Source of the DNA: an uncultured Bacteroidales bacterium
Lineage (GTDB): Bacteria; Bacteroidota; Bacteroidia; Bacteroidales; UBA7960
NCBI GenBank assembly: GCA_964463915.1
Contig: CAYXEH010000009.1
Coordinates: forward strand, 1-63,363
DNA: 63,363 nt
Direction: 5' to 3'
Shown: positions 1 to 9,585 of the stretch, in pieces
Position numbering within the stretch: position 1 is the stretch's first letter
How the letters are laid out: the number at the start of each line of letters is the position of its first letter
Program-made: the position numbers and the translations under genes
Notes under the pieces: model-generated
Database searches by the model: none
Told to the model about the DNA's origin: nothing
The model's input: only the letters and a program-made list of their open reading frames with translations

Positions 1-261
1 CAGTCAGTGCGTTATTGATCATTTTAGCCCGTATCAAAAGTAGTGGTAAATTGACATGAACGTGCTTCGGAATGCCAAACGTTTCATATACGTAACCGTT
101 AAAGGCCCAGACAGCCATGAAAAAATATGGTCATGAATTGATGATTGTGATTATTCCCAAAGAATAAGGGGAACATGCCCGGCTTTTGGGGCTGCTGCCG
201 GCACCCGGCTGTTTCGTCAGAAACTATGACGAACAATTAGGGTGGGGGAGCAGCCCTCTTT

Positions 262-1851
262 TTATATTACGCTCAGTATTTGTGAGAAAATGATCATCAG
301 TACCAGGGCAAGGGGATAGACCGTGGCATAGCCCACCGAGGCTGCATCCGATTCGGTTTTGGCGTCCGCAGCAGCCAGTGCAGGGGTGCTGGTCATGCTG
401 CCGGCGACAACCCCCAGAAGTGTGGCGAAATTGATTTTTAGCCCGTAATACCCAATCAGGGCCGTTATGACCATAGGAATGGTTGTGATGACCAAACCGG
501 TGTAAAGCAATGTCCATCCGTATTTCATCAGGGCTTCGGCAATATGGGCCCCTGCGTGTGTGCCGACAGTGGCCAGGAACATCAGCAGTCCGAGTTTACG
601 CAACAGGTTGTTGGCTCCGCCCGACATGGTCCAGATAATCGGTCCTGTTTTTCCGATTTTACTGAGGACCAAAGCAGTAGTCAGCACACCGCCTGTAATC
701 CCCAGAGAGAATTCAAATAAGCCGAATACCGGGAAAGTAATGGCCCCGAAAAGCGTGCCGATAATGATGCCCAGGCTGATGGGCAGAAAGTTCGTTTCAC
801 TAAGCCTTTTTTCATTGTTTCCCAGCAACTTCATCACCTTCTGCATGTTTTCGTTGTCTGAAGCAAGCAGTACTTTGTCTCCGAAACGCAGGGTGGTACT
901 TCCCCTGGGTGAGATATCTATGCCGCTGCGGCGGATGCGGGTGATGGTGGAGTTGTAATAAGCGGTGAGATTGAGCGCATTCAGGCTTTTATTGATCACA
1001 TCCTTGTTGGTAACCAGCACCCAGTTAACCTTATACCCTGCTGCCCTCGGAACAGCCCTGTCGGTATGGGGGCCGATCATCAGCTCCACCTTTTCCAGGG
1101 CCTCTTCCGTACCGACAAACTTAACAATGTCGCCAAGGTAAAGACGGGTATTCTCACCTGGTGTGTAAATCTTATCCCTATGGCGAATACGGCTGATCAC
1201 CGCATGGGTCATGGTTCCGACTTCCAGCTCACGGATGGTTTTGCCATCAATATTTTTATTTTCCACGATAAAATTCCGTTCAAGCACATCCGGGTGTTCT
1301 TCGTGGATCTTGTCCAGGTATTGCTTTTCCTGCTCCTTCATATTGATCCGCAGAAAAACGGGAAGCAGATGGATGATCAGTATGGCCATGATGGCACCTG
1401 CCGGGTAAACGACGCCATAACCGACAGAGGGCAGGGTAGAATCTGATACATCAATGGCCGCTGCCAGGCCGGAGGTGCTTGTAAGGGCCCCGTTAAAAAT
1501 TCCCACCCCCAGATGCGGGTCAAGACCAAACAAATGGCTAAGGGTAAAACTCAACAGGGCAGCGATGCTTACAAGCAAAAAACATACTCCCAGAAACTGC
1601 CTTCCGGTTTTCTTAAACGCATCAAAAAAACCAGGCCCGGCCTGTATGCCAACAGTAAATATAAAAAACATCAGGCCGATGGTTTGAAAGGCCTCAGGCA
1701 CCATGATACCATAGTGACCCATGACAAGGGCTACAAAGACAACCGCTGACAGATCAAGGGAAAACCCCCGAAACTTTATTCCCCCAAGCATAATTCCCAG
1801 TGTAATAATCAGAAACAATGCGAAATAGCCCTCATAAATCAAATCAGCCAT
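262..1851 (-). CDS. AspT/YidE/YbjL-family antiporter with two TrkA-C (RCK_C) domains
   Basis: Duplicated hydrophobic halves (GALTSTSGLAAA, GSMTSTPALAAA, GYATVYP) flanking two soluble TrkA-C-like repeats (ISRIRH, ITRIRRSG). Confidence 0.85.
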   Translation of the reverse strand: MADLIYEGYFALFLIITLGIMLGGIKFRGFSLDLSAVVFVALVMGHYGIMVPEAFQTIGLMFFIFTVGIQAGPGFFDAFKKTGRQFLGVCFLLVSIAALLSFTLSHLFGLDPHLGVGIFNGALTSTSGLAAAIDVSDSTLPSVGYGVVYPAGAIMAILIIHLLPVFLRINMKEQEKQYLDKIHEEHPDVLERNFIVENKNIDGKTIRELEVGTMTHAVISRIRHRDKIYTPGENTRLYLGDIVKFVGTEEALEKVELMIGPHTDRAVPRAAGYKVNWVLVTNKDVINKSLNALNLTAYYNSTITRIRRSGIDISPRGSTTLRFGDKVLLASDNENMQKVMKLLGNNEKRLSETNFLPISLGIIIGTLFGAITFPVFGLFEFSLGITGGVLTTALVLSKIGKTGPIIWTMSGGANNLLRKLGLLMFLATVGTHAGAHIAEALMKYGWTLLYTGLVITTIPMVITALIGYYGLKINFATLLGVVAGSMTSTPALAAADAKTESDAASVGYATVYPLALVLMIIFSQILSVI

Positions 1852-1982
1852 GGATCCGGGAATTGAACAATCAGTTAAAAATCAGGTTGAGCATACGAAA
1901 CTACAAAATTAATGCTTCTTTGGTTTCATGAAATATTCCCGTTGTTATATTTTTACAGGACGATATACGAAGTGATTTGGTG

Positions 1983-3320
1983 ATGAAAGCAAACAGGAAT
2001 CCGGTCGTTGTTTTTTGGTTCAGGCGTGATTTGCGTCTTGAAGATAACAAAGGACTTTACCAGGCCCTTAAGCATGGCCGGAAAGTCCTGCCCCTGTTTA
2101 TTTTTGATGAAGCCATCATTGATTCCCTGCCTGAGGATGACCACCGGGTATCCTTTATTCATCAGTCGTTAACCTCCATCCATGAATCCCTTAAGGAAAA
2201 AGGGGGAGGGATGCTGATAAAAAAAGGAAAGCCCATGGAAATATTCCGGGGTCTGCTGTCAGACTACCCGGTAGAGGCGGTTTACTGTAATATGGATCAT
2301 GAACCCTATGGCAGAGAACGGGATAATGAAGTGGCCGGAATGCTGAAAGTACATGGAATAAGCTTTCACTCTTTCATTGATCATCTGATACTTCACCCGG
2401 GAAAAGTTCTCAAACAGGACGAAACGCCTTATCAGGTGTTTACTCCCTACAGCAATCGCTGGAAGCAAAAACTCAAATCCGGTGACCTGGAATACCATGC
2501 CTCAGAAAAATTGCTGCAGCACATTCTACCGGAGCAATCCTCGCTTATGCCGGAGCAATCCTTGCTCATACCGGATCTCAAAGAACTTGGTTTTAGCCGG
2601 TCTTCATTGAAAGCACCCCCTCCTGATATATCGAAAGACCTGATACGGGCCTATGACCGTCTTCGTGATTTCCCTGCGGCCGATGCCACATCCAGACTGG
2701 GGGTGCATCTGCGGTTTGGTACATTGAGTATTCGCAAACTGGCAAAAACCGCCGCAGCACTTAATGAAGTATTCCTGGAGGAACTGATATGGCGTGAATT
2801 TTATGCCATGATCCTCTGGCATTTTCCCGCCGTGGTGGCCCGCTCATTTAAACCGGCATACGACCGGATTGAATGGCGTAACAATAAAAAGGAGTTTCTT
2901 GCCTGGAAGGAAGGCAAAACAGGTTATCCTATGGTGGATGCCGGCATGCGCCAACTGAATCAGACCGGGTTTATGCATAACAGGCTGCGTATGGTCACCG
3001 CCAGTTTTCTGACCAAACATCTGCTCATTGACTGGCGTTGGGGGGAAGGTTATTTCGCAGAAAAACTATTCGATTATGAACTGTCTTCCAACAATGGAGG
3101 TTGGCAGTGGAGTGCCGGAAGTGGTTGTGATGCCGCCCCGTATTTCCGTATTTTCAATCCTTACAGCCAGCAGAAGAAATTTGACCCGCAGGATGAATTC
3201 GTCAGACAATGGGTTCCCGAAGCAGATTCAGAAGATTACGTCAGGGAAATCGTGGTGCATAAAAAAGCCAGGGAAAGATGCCTGCAGGTCTATAAACGGG
3301 CTCTGAAAAGCAATAAATAA
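1983..3320 (+). CDS. phrB: Deoxyribodipyrimidine photolyase (class I CPD photolyase)
   Basis: WFRRDLRLEDN, TSRLGVHLRFG, ELIWREFY, GFMHNRLRM, NNGGWQW, PYFRIFNP motifs; ATG at 1983 chosen over upstream alternative start. Confidence 0.93.
   Translation: MKANRNPVVVFWFRRDLRLEDNKGLYQALKHGRKVLPLFIFDEAIIDSLPEDDHRVSFIHQSLTSIHESLKEKGGGMLIKKGKPMEIFRGLLSDYPVEAVYCNMDHEPYGRERDNEVAGMLKVHGISFHSFIDHLILHPGKVLKQDETPYQVFTPYSNRWKQKLKSGDLEYHASEKLLQHILPEQSSLMPEQSLLIPDLKELGFSRSSLKAPPPDISKDLIRAYDRLRDFPAADATSRLGVHLRFGTLSIRKLAKTAAALNEVFLEELIWREFYAMILWHFPAVVARSFKPAYDRIEWRNNKKEFLAWKEGKTGYPMVDAGMRQLNQTGFMHNRLRMVTASFLTKHLLIDWRWGEGYFAEKLFDYELSSNNGGWQWSAGSGCDAAPYFRIFNPYSQQKKFDPQDEFVRQWVPEADSEDYVREIVVHKKARERCLQVYKRALKSNK
2529..2575 (+). 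repeat. 21-bp imperfect tandem duplication inside photolyase linker
   Basis: ccggagcaatcctcgcttatg / ccggagcaatccttgctcata / ccgga; encodes PEQSSLM-PEQSLLI. Confidence 0.8.
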
Positions 3321-3336
3321 TAAGAAAGACTGTCCA

Positions 3337-4041
3337 ATGATCGCTGTAACTGATTTTGATTCAATTCCTTTTAGTTGGGTATCAGAGAAATTGAGAGAAG
3401 CAGACTTTTCCAATCTTCCCGGCCAAAGGTCTCAACTGACCATGGCACCTGCTTTGCGCCGTGACGACGTCATCCGTTCAGGGAAGGGGATGAATGCGGT
3501 AAGCAGCGGAGTGCTGATACTGTTGTTTCCCGACAGCAAGGGCCAGGCTTGTACAGTATTTATTCAGCGGCCTGTTTATGATGGGGTGCACAGCGGACAG
3601 ATCGCTTTCCCGGGCGGCAGGAAGGAGAGGCAGGATCCTGATTTGCAATATACTGCCCTCAGGGAAGCAGAAGAAGAGGTGGGCATTAACCCCTCCGACG
3701 TTGAACTTGCCGGTAAGTTATCCGACCTGTATATTCCTCCCAGTAATTACATCGTCAGCCCCTATGTGGGAATGGTTCATTCGGAACCCTCATTTATGCC
3801 TGATCCAAAAGAGGTTGAGCATGTTTTCAATGTTAGAATGGCTTCCTTTTTTAACACAGAGAATATCCGTGAGATACCCATCCGGCAAAGTGGGGGTAAT
3901 TGCCTTCCGACCCCTTGTTTTGATATGAACGGACAGATCATCTGGGGGGCCACTGCGATGATTATGGCTGAATTCTTAGCCTTTATAAAGCCCTTGTTGC
4001 TTGGTTCAATTGATGTCGAATTCAGGCCCTGCCGGGAATAA
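3337..4041 (+). CDS. Nudix hydrolase, CoA pyrophosphatase-like
   Basis: HSGQIAFPGG plus Nudix box ALREAEEEVG, IWGATA. Confidence 0.88.
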   Translation: MIAVTDFDSIPFSWVSEKLREADFSNLPGQRSQLTMAPALRRDDVIRSGKGMNAVSSGVLILLFPDSKGQACTVFIQRPVYDGVHSGQIAFPGGRKERQDPDLQYTALREAEEEVGINPSDVELAGKLSDLYIPPSNYIVSPYVGMVHSEPSFMPDPKEVEHVFNVRMASFFNTENIREIPIRQSGGNCLPTPCFDMNGQIIWGATAMIMAEFLAFIKPLLLGSIDVEFRPCRE

Positions 4042-4137
4042 TCGTTTTTTATCCCGGCCGAATCTTACCTATATTTCGAAATATTTTATATATTTATGGA
4101 TGAATAGTGTCCGGGTATTATTGTATTCAAAACAACG

Positions 4138-5202
4138 ATGTACAAATTTTGCCTTTTTTCATTGTTGTATCTTTTCTTTTCTCAACCTGCCATTAACGGG
4201 CAGAATGAATCCGGTTTTATTGATGATTATCCGTCGGATTATTCCCGGATGTTTGTATACCTCTACAATGAACAAGGAAAAAAGACCGGAACGGTCAGGT
4301 ATGGTCCCGGAGGCAACCAATATGCCAGGGAGGTCTATAATTACAATGATGAAGGACACCGGATACTGGAAGCCGAATATAATGGTGAGGGAGAGATAAA
4401 CCAGCAGACCCGTTTCCTTTACGATGACTATGGCAATCTGATGGAACAAACGACACTTGGTCCGGACAGTGTGTTCGAGTCACGCGAGACCTATGCCTAT
4501 GACCACCGGATGAACCGGACAGAGTGGAAGAGTTATGTGGATAAGGATTCACTGGAATGGAAGCGAATCTATGAATATAACGGGGAAGACCAGAGAATGG
4601 AGGAGCGTCGCTATGACGGAAGCGGAGAACTGGTTCAGAGGTATTTGTTTTCCTATGATGGCAACGGGTATCTGACCGAACAGAATGTGTATGGCCCGCA
4701 AGGGCAAATACAGTGGAGGTACCTTTACCGGCATGATCAACATGGCAACCGGATCGGTGTGTTGTGGTATGATGATGATGACCAGCTGAAATGGATCAGA
4801 AGGTATGTGTATGACGAAAAGGGGAACAGGGTAGAGGAGAGACGCTATGAACCTTCCAGGTCTTTCTTTTTCGGTCGGTGGACCTATCGCCTGATTTACC
4901 GTTTTGTGTTCAGGTATGATGAGGCGGGAAGACAGATCGAAGAATTGGTTTACGATAATTACGATAATCTTTTGTGGCGAAGGAATTACGGGTACACCCG
5001 GGATGGCTATTTGCAGGATTATGTCTGGTACGACAGCCTGGGTAATGTGGAGATGCGGTACCTGATACGGTATAATGATCATGGACAACGAACCGGGTGG
5101 ACATGGTACGATGGCCGCGGAAATGTGGAGTGGCATCGTAACTATCATTACAATGACGAAGGAAAACTCAAGACTGAGCTATGGTACGGTGAGGTGTATT
5201 GA
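4138..5202 (+). CDS. Secreted YD/RHS-like repeat protein (about 12 x 26-aa repeats)
   Basis: N-terminal signal peptide then YxY(D/N)xxGxxxExxxY repeats with 26-aa period; no RHS core or toxin tip. Confidence 0.75.
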   Translation: MYKFCLFSLLYLFFSQPAINGQNESGFIDDYPSDYSRMFVYLYNEQGKKTGTVRYGPGGNQYAREVYNYNDEGHRILEAEYNGEGEINQQTRFLYDDYGNLMEQTTLGPDSVFESRETYAYDHRMNRTEWKSYVDKDSLEWKRIYEYNGEDQRMEERRYDGSGELVQRYLFSYDGNGYLTEQNVYGPQGQIQWRYLYRHDQHGNRIGVLWYDDDDQLKWIRRYVYDEKGNRVEERRYEPSRSFFFGRWTYRLIYRFVFRYDEAGRQIEELVYDNYDNLLWRRNYGYTRDGYLQDYVWYDSLGNVEMRYLIRYNDHGQRTGWTWYDGRGNVEWHRNYHYNDEGKLKTELWYGEVY

Positions 5203-5234
5203 TACAGCTTCCCCCACTATGGGCCCGGACAAAT

Positions 5235-5263
5235 AAAAAAGGGAAGCGTCATGGCTTCCCTTT
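5235..5263. terminator. Intrinsic terminator between convergent YD-repeat gene and rplT
   Basis: aaagggaagc / gcttcccttt stem (5238-5247, 5254-5263) with an A-run giving a U-tract on the minus strand. Confidence 0.8.
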
Positions 5264-5288
5264 CATTGTTCATTGCTTCTTATGATGC

Positions 5289-5633
5289 TTATTTAGCTGA
5301 CTCTACAATGGCTTTAAAGGCATCCGGATGGTTCATGGCCAGATCGGCCAGTACCTTACGGTTGATCTGAATGTTCTTTTCATTCAGTTTGCCTATGAAC
5401 TGGGAGTAATTCATGTCATATTGGCGTACGGCAGCGTTGATACGCTGTATCCAGAGTTTTCTGAACTCCCTCTTTTTATTGCGTCTGTCACGGTAGGCGT
5501 AAGTCAGGCCCTTTTCTCTGGTGTTCTTTGCCACCGTGTAAACATTTTTCCTGGCACCGAAGTAACCTCTGGTCAACTTCAGCAGCTTCTTTCTTTTGTG
5601 CCTTGCGGCAACCTTATTGACTGATCTTGGCAT
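5289..5633 (-). CDS. rplT: 50S ribosomal protein L20
   Basis: MPRSVN...YAYRDRR...[12 protein letters not shown]...NRKVLADLA; follows rpmI. Confidence 0.98.
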   Translation of the reverse strand: MPRSVNKVAARHKRKKLLKLTRGYFGARKNVYTVAKNTREKGLTYAYRDRRNKKREFRKLWIQRINAAVRQYDMNYSQFIGKLNEKNIQINRKVLADLAMNHPDAFKAIVESAK

Positions 5634-5723
5634 AATGTGTGATTTTTTCGTTAAGCGCTTTCCGTTGTTTCAGGGAAAGACTTGTGTTGCTTTAACAAAG
5701 GTGAATACTAATCGGAAAAGTGG

Positions 5724-5918
5724 CTACATAGCCAGCATCGCCTTGATGTTTTTCTCATCTGACTTATGAACCAGTGAGGTTTTGGTCAGATTTCTTTTCC
5801 TTTTTTTGCTCTTTTTGGTCAAGATGTGACTCTTGTAAGCATGTTTGCGCTTAATACGTCCGGAAGCGGTAAGAGAAAACCGCTTTTTTGCCCCGGATTT
5901 GGTTTTCATTTTAGGCAT
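5724..5918 (-). CDS. rpmI: 50S ribosomal protein L35
   Basis: [14 protein letters not shown]...HILTKK; canonical infC-rpmI-rplT order. Confidence 0.98.
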   Translation of the reverse strand: MPKMKTKSGAKKRFSLTASGRIKRKHAYKSHILTKKSKKRKRNLTKTSLVHKSDEKNIKAMLAM

Positions 5919-5954
5919 TATTCAAACAATTTATGATTTATGAAGCATTGAACA

Positions 5955-6521
5955 TTAATTCTTTTTTCCCGACTTTTTGGGAGCGACGAACATAATCATC
6001 CGCTTACCTTCCATTTTTGGCATTTGCTCCACTTTGCCATATTCTTCAATTTCCTGTGCAAAACGAAGCAGTATCATTTCGCCTTTCTCCTTATAAATAA
6101 TGGATCTCCCCTTAAAGAAAACAAAGACTTTCAGTTTAGCGCCTTCTTCAAGAAACTTGATGGCATGTTTCAACTTAAACTGGAAATCATGCTCATCGGT
6201 ATTTGGACCCATCCGGATTTCCTTGACAACAATCTTGGCGGCATTGGCCTTGATCTCTTTTTGTTTCTTTTTTTGTTCGTAAAGGAACTTTTTATAATCC
6301 ATGATCTTGCACACCGGCGGATTGGCTTTCGGTGCAATTTCCACCAGGTCCAGTCCCATATCCTCGGCCATATTCAGGGCATCGCGGACTGGGTGTATGT
6401 CGGATTCCACATTGTCTCCCACCACACGAACCACCGGTGCTGTGATGCGTTCATTGATGCGGTGAGGATCTTCTTTCTTTACGAAACGTCTTCTGCCTCT
6501 TGGTTTAAATGGTGTTGCTAT
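5955..6521 (-). CDS. infC: Translation initiation factor IF-3 with non-canonical ATA start
   Basis: [22 protein letters not shown] motifs; frame stays open upstream of the ORF-track start through HRINERI to ATA at 6521-6519, preceded by AAGGAGGA. Confidence 0.93.
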   Translation of the reverse strand: MATPFKPRGRRRFVKKEDPHRINERITAPVVRVVGDNVESDIHPVRDALNMAEDMGLDLVEIAPKANPPVCKIMDYKKFLYEQKKKQKEIKANAAKIVVKEIRMGPNTDEHDFQFKLKHAIKFLEEGAKLKVFVFFKGRSIIYKEKGEMILLRFAQEIEEYGKVEQMPKMEGKRMIMFVAPKKSGKKN

Positions 6522-6527
6522 GTTACG

Positions 6528-6535
6528 TCCTCCTT
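6528..6535 (-). promoter_or_regulatory. Shine-Dalgarno AAGGAGGA for infC
   Basis: Plus-strand tcctcctt, 6 nt from the ATA codon. Confidence 0.75.
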
Positions 6536-6559
6536 ACTTTGTTATTAAATTTGGTTAAT

Positions 6560-8497
6560 TCAGGGTTGTATCATTTTCTTCGTTTCTTCTTCCACCAGCT
6601 TTGCAAATGCTTCCACAGAGAATACCCCGAGATCACCTTCCCCGTGTTTGCGTACGGAAATGGTTTCCGAGGCCTCTTCTTTTTCTCCGACTATCAGCAT
6701 GAAGGGGATTTTGCGCGTTTCAGCGTCGCGTATTTTCTTTCCCGTTTTTTCACTGCGCTCGTCAATCAGCGTGCGAATTTCGTAATTATTCAGCAAAGTT
6801 AAAACTTTTTTCGCATAATTTTCGTATTTATCGCTGATAGGCAATATGATAGCCTGATCGGGAGTCAGCCACAGCGGGAAATTGCCGCCGCAATGCTCTA
6901 TCATCACTGCGACAAATCTTTCCATTGAGCCAAATGGTGCACGGTGAATCATTACCGGGCGATGTTTCAGGTTGTCTGGGCCGATGTATTCGAGATCGAA
7001 ACGTTCCGGGAGGTTGTAATCCACCTGTATGGTTCCCAACTGCCACTTACGACCAAGGGCATCGCGTACCATAAAATCCAGCTTGGGGCCGTAGAATGCA
7101 GCCTCTCCTGTCACAATCTCTCCTTTCAGGCCTTTCTCTTCTGTGGCCTCAATGATGGCTTTTTCTGCCCTTTCCCAGTTCTCGTCCGAGCCGATATATT
7201 TTTCTTTATTGTCGGGATCCCTTAGAGATATCTGGGCGCTGTAATCACTGAAATCCAGTGCTTTAAATATGTGAAGCACGATGTCAATGACGGAAATGAA
7301 TTCCTCCTTAACCTGGTCGGGCCTGCAGAATATATGGGCATCATCCTGGGTGAAGCCCCTGACGCGGGTGAGTCCATGTAGTTCCCCGCTCTGTTCATAC
7401 CGGTATACAGTACCAAATTCCGCCAGCCTTACGGGCAGGTCTTTGTATGAGTACTGCTTGTTTTTGTAGATTTCACAGTGATGGGGGCAGTTCATGGGCT
7501 TCAGAAAGAACTCTTCCCCCTCAGATGGTGTGGTGATCGGCCGGAACGAATCCTCTCCGTATTTGTCGTAATGTCCGCTGGTGACATACAGATTTTTGTG
7601 ACCGATATGCGGAGAGATAACCGGCTTATAACCCGCCTGTCGCTGCACCTGCTTGAGGAACTTTTCCAGGTTTTCCCTGAGTTCAGCTCCTTTGGGCAGC
7701 CATAGAGGAAGACCTTGCCCCACTTTGGCGGAAAAAGCAAACAATTCCATCTCGCGGCCAATTTTTCGATGATCTCGTTTTTTTGCTTCTTCAAGCATGT
7801 CCAGGTATTCCTTCAGCATCTTTTGCTTGGGGAAACTGATGCCGTATATTCTGGTCAGCTGTTTCCGGCTTTCGTCACCACGCCAGTAAGCTCCTGCTGT
7901 ATTCAGCAGTTTCACAGCCCTGATGGGCCCGGTGTCAGGAAGGTGAGGTCCGCGGCAAAGGTCGGTAAAATTACCAGAGGTATAAAAACTGATGGTGCCA
8001 TCCTCCAGGTCATTAATCAAATCCACCTTGTATTCATCTCCTTTTTTGGAATAGTACTCCAGCGCCTCCTTCTTTGGAATCTCTTTTCTGACAAAAGGCT
8101 CTTTTCTCCGGGCTATTTCCAGCATTTTATTCTCAATTTTCTCAAAATCATTGCTGGAAATGGACCTGTCGCCAAGATCAATGTCATAATAAAATCCCTG
8201 ATCAATGTCAGGCCCTATGCCGAATTTGGTGCCAGGGTACAGTTCTTCAATGGCTGCCGCCATCAGATGGGCAGACGAGTGCCACATGGTTGCCTTCCCT
8301 TCCTTATCATCAAAAGTATGCAGTTTAATCCGCGCATCTTCCTGGATGGGTCTGTGCAAATCCCGGGTTTCACCATTTACGGAAATGGACAGTACATTGC
8401 GGGCCAGTCCTTCCGATATGCTTTTGGCAATTTCCAGGCCGGTAATACCCGGGTTGAACTCTTTTATGCTTTGATCGGGTAAAGTTATTTTAATCAT
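6560..8497 (-). CDS. thrS: Threonine--tRNA ligase
   Basis: TGS domain, [45 protein letters not shown]. Confidence 0.98.
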   Translation of the reverse strand: MIKITLPDQSIKEFNPGITGLEIAKSISEGLARNVLSISVNGETRDLHRPIQEDARIKLHTFDDKEGKATMWHSSAHLMAAAIEELYPGTKFGIGPDIDQGFYYDIDLGDRSISSNDFEKIENKMLEIARRKEPFVRKEIPKKEALEYYSKKGDEYKVDLINDLEDGTISFYTSGNFTDLCRGPHLPDTGPIRAVKLLNTAGAYWRGDESRKQLTRIYGISFPKQKMLKEYLDMLEEAKKRDHRKIGREMELFAFSAKVGQGLPLWLPKGAELRENLEKFLKQVQRQAGYKPVISPHIGHKNLYVTSGHYDKYGEDSFRPITTPSEGEEFFLKPMNCPHHCEIYKNKQYSYKDLPVRLAEFGTVYRYEQSGELHGLTRVRGFTQDDAHIFCRPDQVKEEFISVIDIVLHIFKALDFSDYSAQISLRDPDNKEKYIGSDENWERAEKAIIEATEEKGLKGEIVTGEAAFYGPKLDFMVRDALGRKWQLGTIQVDYNLPERFDLEYIGPDNLKHRPVMIHRAPFGSMERFVAVMIEHCGGNFPLWLTPDQAIILPISDKYENYAKKVLTLLNNYEIRTLIDERSEKTGKKIRDAETRKIPFMLIVGEKEEASETISVRKHGEGDLGVFSVEAFAKLVEEETKKMIQP

Positions 8498-8531
8498 CTG
8501 AAATCGCTTTTCTGTGTTGTTTTTCAGCCTG

Positions 8532-8539
8532 CAAAGGTA
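8532..8539 (-). promoter_or_regulatory. Bacteroidota -7 promoter element (TACCTTTG) for thrS operon
   Basis: Matches TAnnTTTG about 35 nt upstream of thrS ATG. Confidence 0.6.
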
Positions 8540-8569
8540 AGGAAAATATTGCTTTAAAGAGGGGGTGAT

Positions 8570-9355
8570 TTATTCTGCGCAGATCCGTTTCATCAGTCGC
8601 AGTTTATGGGTATAGGCTTTTTGATCTGCATTAAAAATTCCATGGTGGTCAATCCTGTCAATACGAACTTTTCCATGGGCATGGATGAGCTCTCCCTCGT
8701 TAAGCATAAGTCCAACATGATTGATCTCCCCTTCTTTGTTGTCAAAAAACAACAAATCCCCCGGTTTTGTTTCATGGATCAGGTGAATGCTTTCACCTTC
8801 TTTGGCTTGATCGCGGGAATCGCGCGGAAGCCATATTCCTGCCATTTTAAAAACAACCTGAACAAAGCCGGAGCAATCAATGCCGAAGGCGGAGCGCCCT
8901 CCCCATAAATAGGGTGTATGGAGCAAGCTGCGTGCATAGGCAGAAATCTGTTCGCAGGTTTTTTGTTTATTGCCTGCAGCCAGGTTTCCGTGGTAGCAGT
9001 AGCGGTGTCCTCCGACAACCATTTTGTGGTCTTCACCCGGAAGGAAGGTGCTTCCGGCACTAACCGGGAATTTAATCCGGGTAATGGTGTCTGTCATTGA
9101 TCCCAGATTGTCGGCGGTAACCAGGGAAGGCGTTGTACTGGAAATATCACGGGTGGGCGCTTCAAAAATATGGGCCTGGCTCCCGGATATCCAACCCCTG
9201 TAATGGTCATAATGCATTTCAATGTGCAACCAGCCGTTTTGGGTTCCAAGTATGTCAAAACTTTCTCCAAACAACAGTTGGCTGACCATCTCACTTGTAT
9301 GGTCTGGTTCAGAGCGAAGTGGAATACAGGCAATAAGGCATATACCGGTAGTCAT
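8570..9355 (-). CDS. SH3b + NlpC/P60 (C40) cell-wall peptidase, YkfC-like
   Basis: SQLLFGE...YRGW SH3-like N-terminus; PYLWGG, DCSGF, LPRDS, HVG catalytic motifs. Confidence 0.9.
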   Translation of the reverse strand: MTTGICLIACIPLRSEPDHTSEMVSQLLFGESFDILGTQNGWLHIEMHYDHYRGWISGSQAHIFEAPTRDISSTTPSLVTADNLGSMTDTITRIKFPVSAGSTFLPGEDHKMVVGGHRYCYHGNLAAGNKQKTCEQISAYARSLLHTPYLWGGRSAFGIDCSGFVQVVFKMAGIWLPRDSRDQAKEGESIHLIHETKPGDLLFFDNKEGEINHVGLMLNEGELIHAHGKVRIDRIDHHGIFNADQKAYTHKLRLMKRICAE

Positions 9356-9585
9356 CTGCAGTGGTTTATTTTAAAAAATAAATGTAGGAATTTTTTTTGA
9401 ATGCTTTCGTGCAGTTGTGGTTTCCCTGTGAACCAAATAACGGACTCCTTCAGATAAATTTGTTAAATTCGTTACTTGATGAAAGGGTTCTGTGAACTGA
9501 TTGATCTCTTTTTGTGTTATGATTACGATGAATTATGAGATGATTGAACGGTAACCCACGAAAGTCTACAATTAATAATAAACGG

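Noticed and set aside
1-118. Open minus-strand frame MAVWAFNGYVYETFG... running off the window edge
   Set aside because: Only 39 codons visible and no recognisable motif; cannot be supported as a gene.
4138-5202. Rhs polymorphic toxin
   Set aside because: No RHS core cleavage motif, C-terminal toxin, immunity gene or secretion genes nearby.
7715-8482. 255-aa plus-strand ORF (also 4549-5148, 14829-15443, 25462-26163, 56041-56613 and similar)
   Set aside because: Antisense shadows of well-supported genes, with no motifs of their own.
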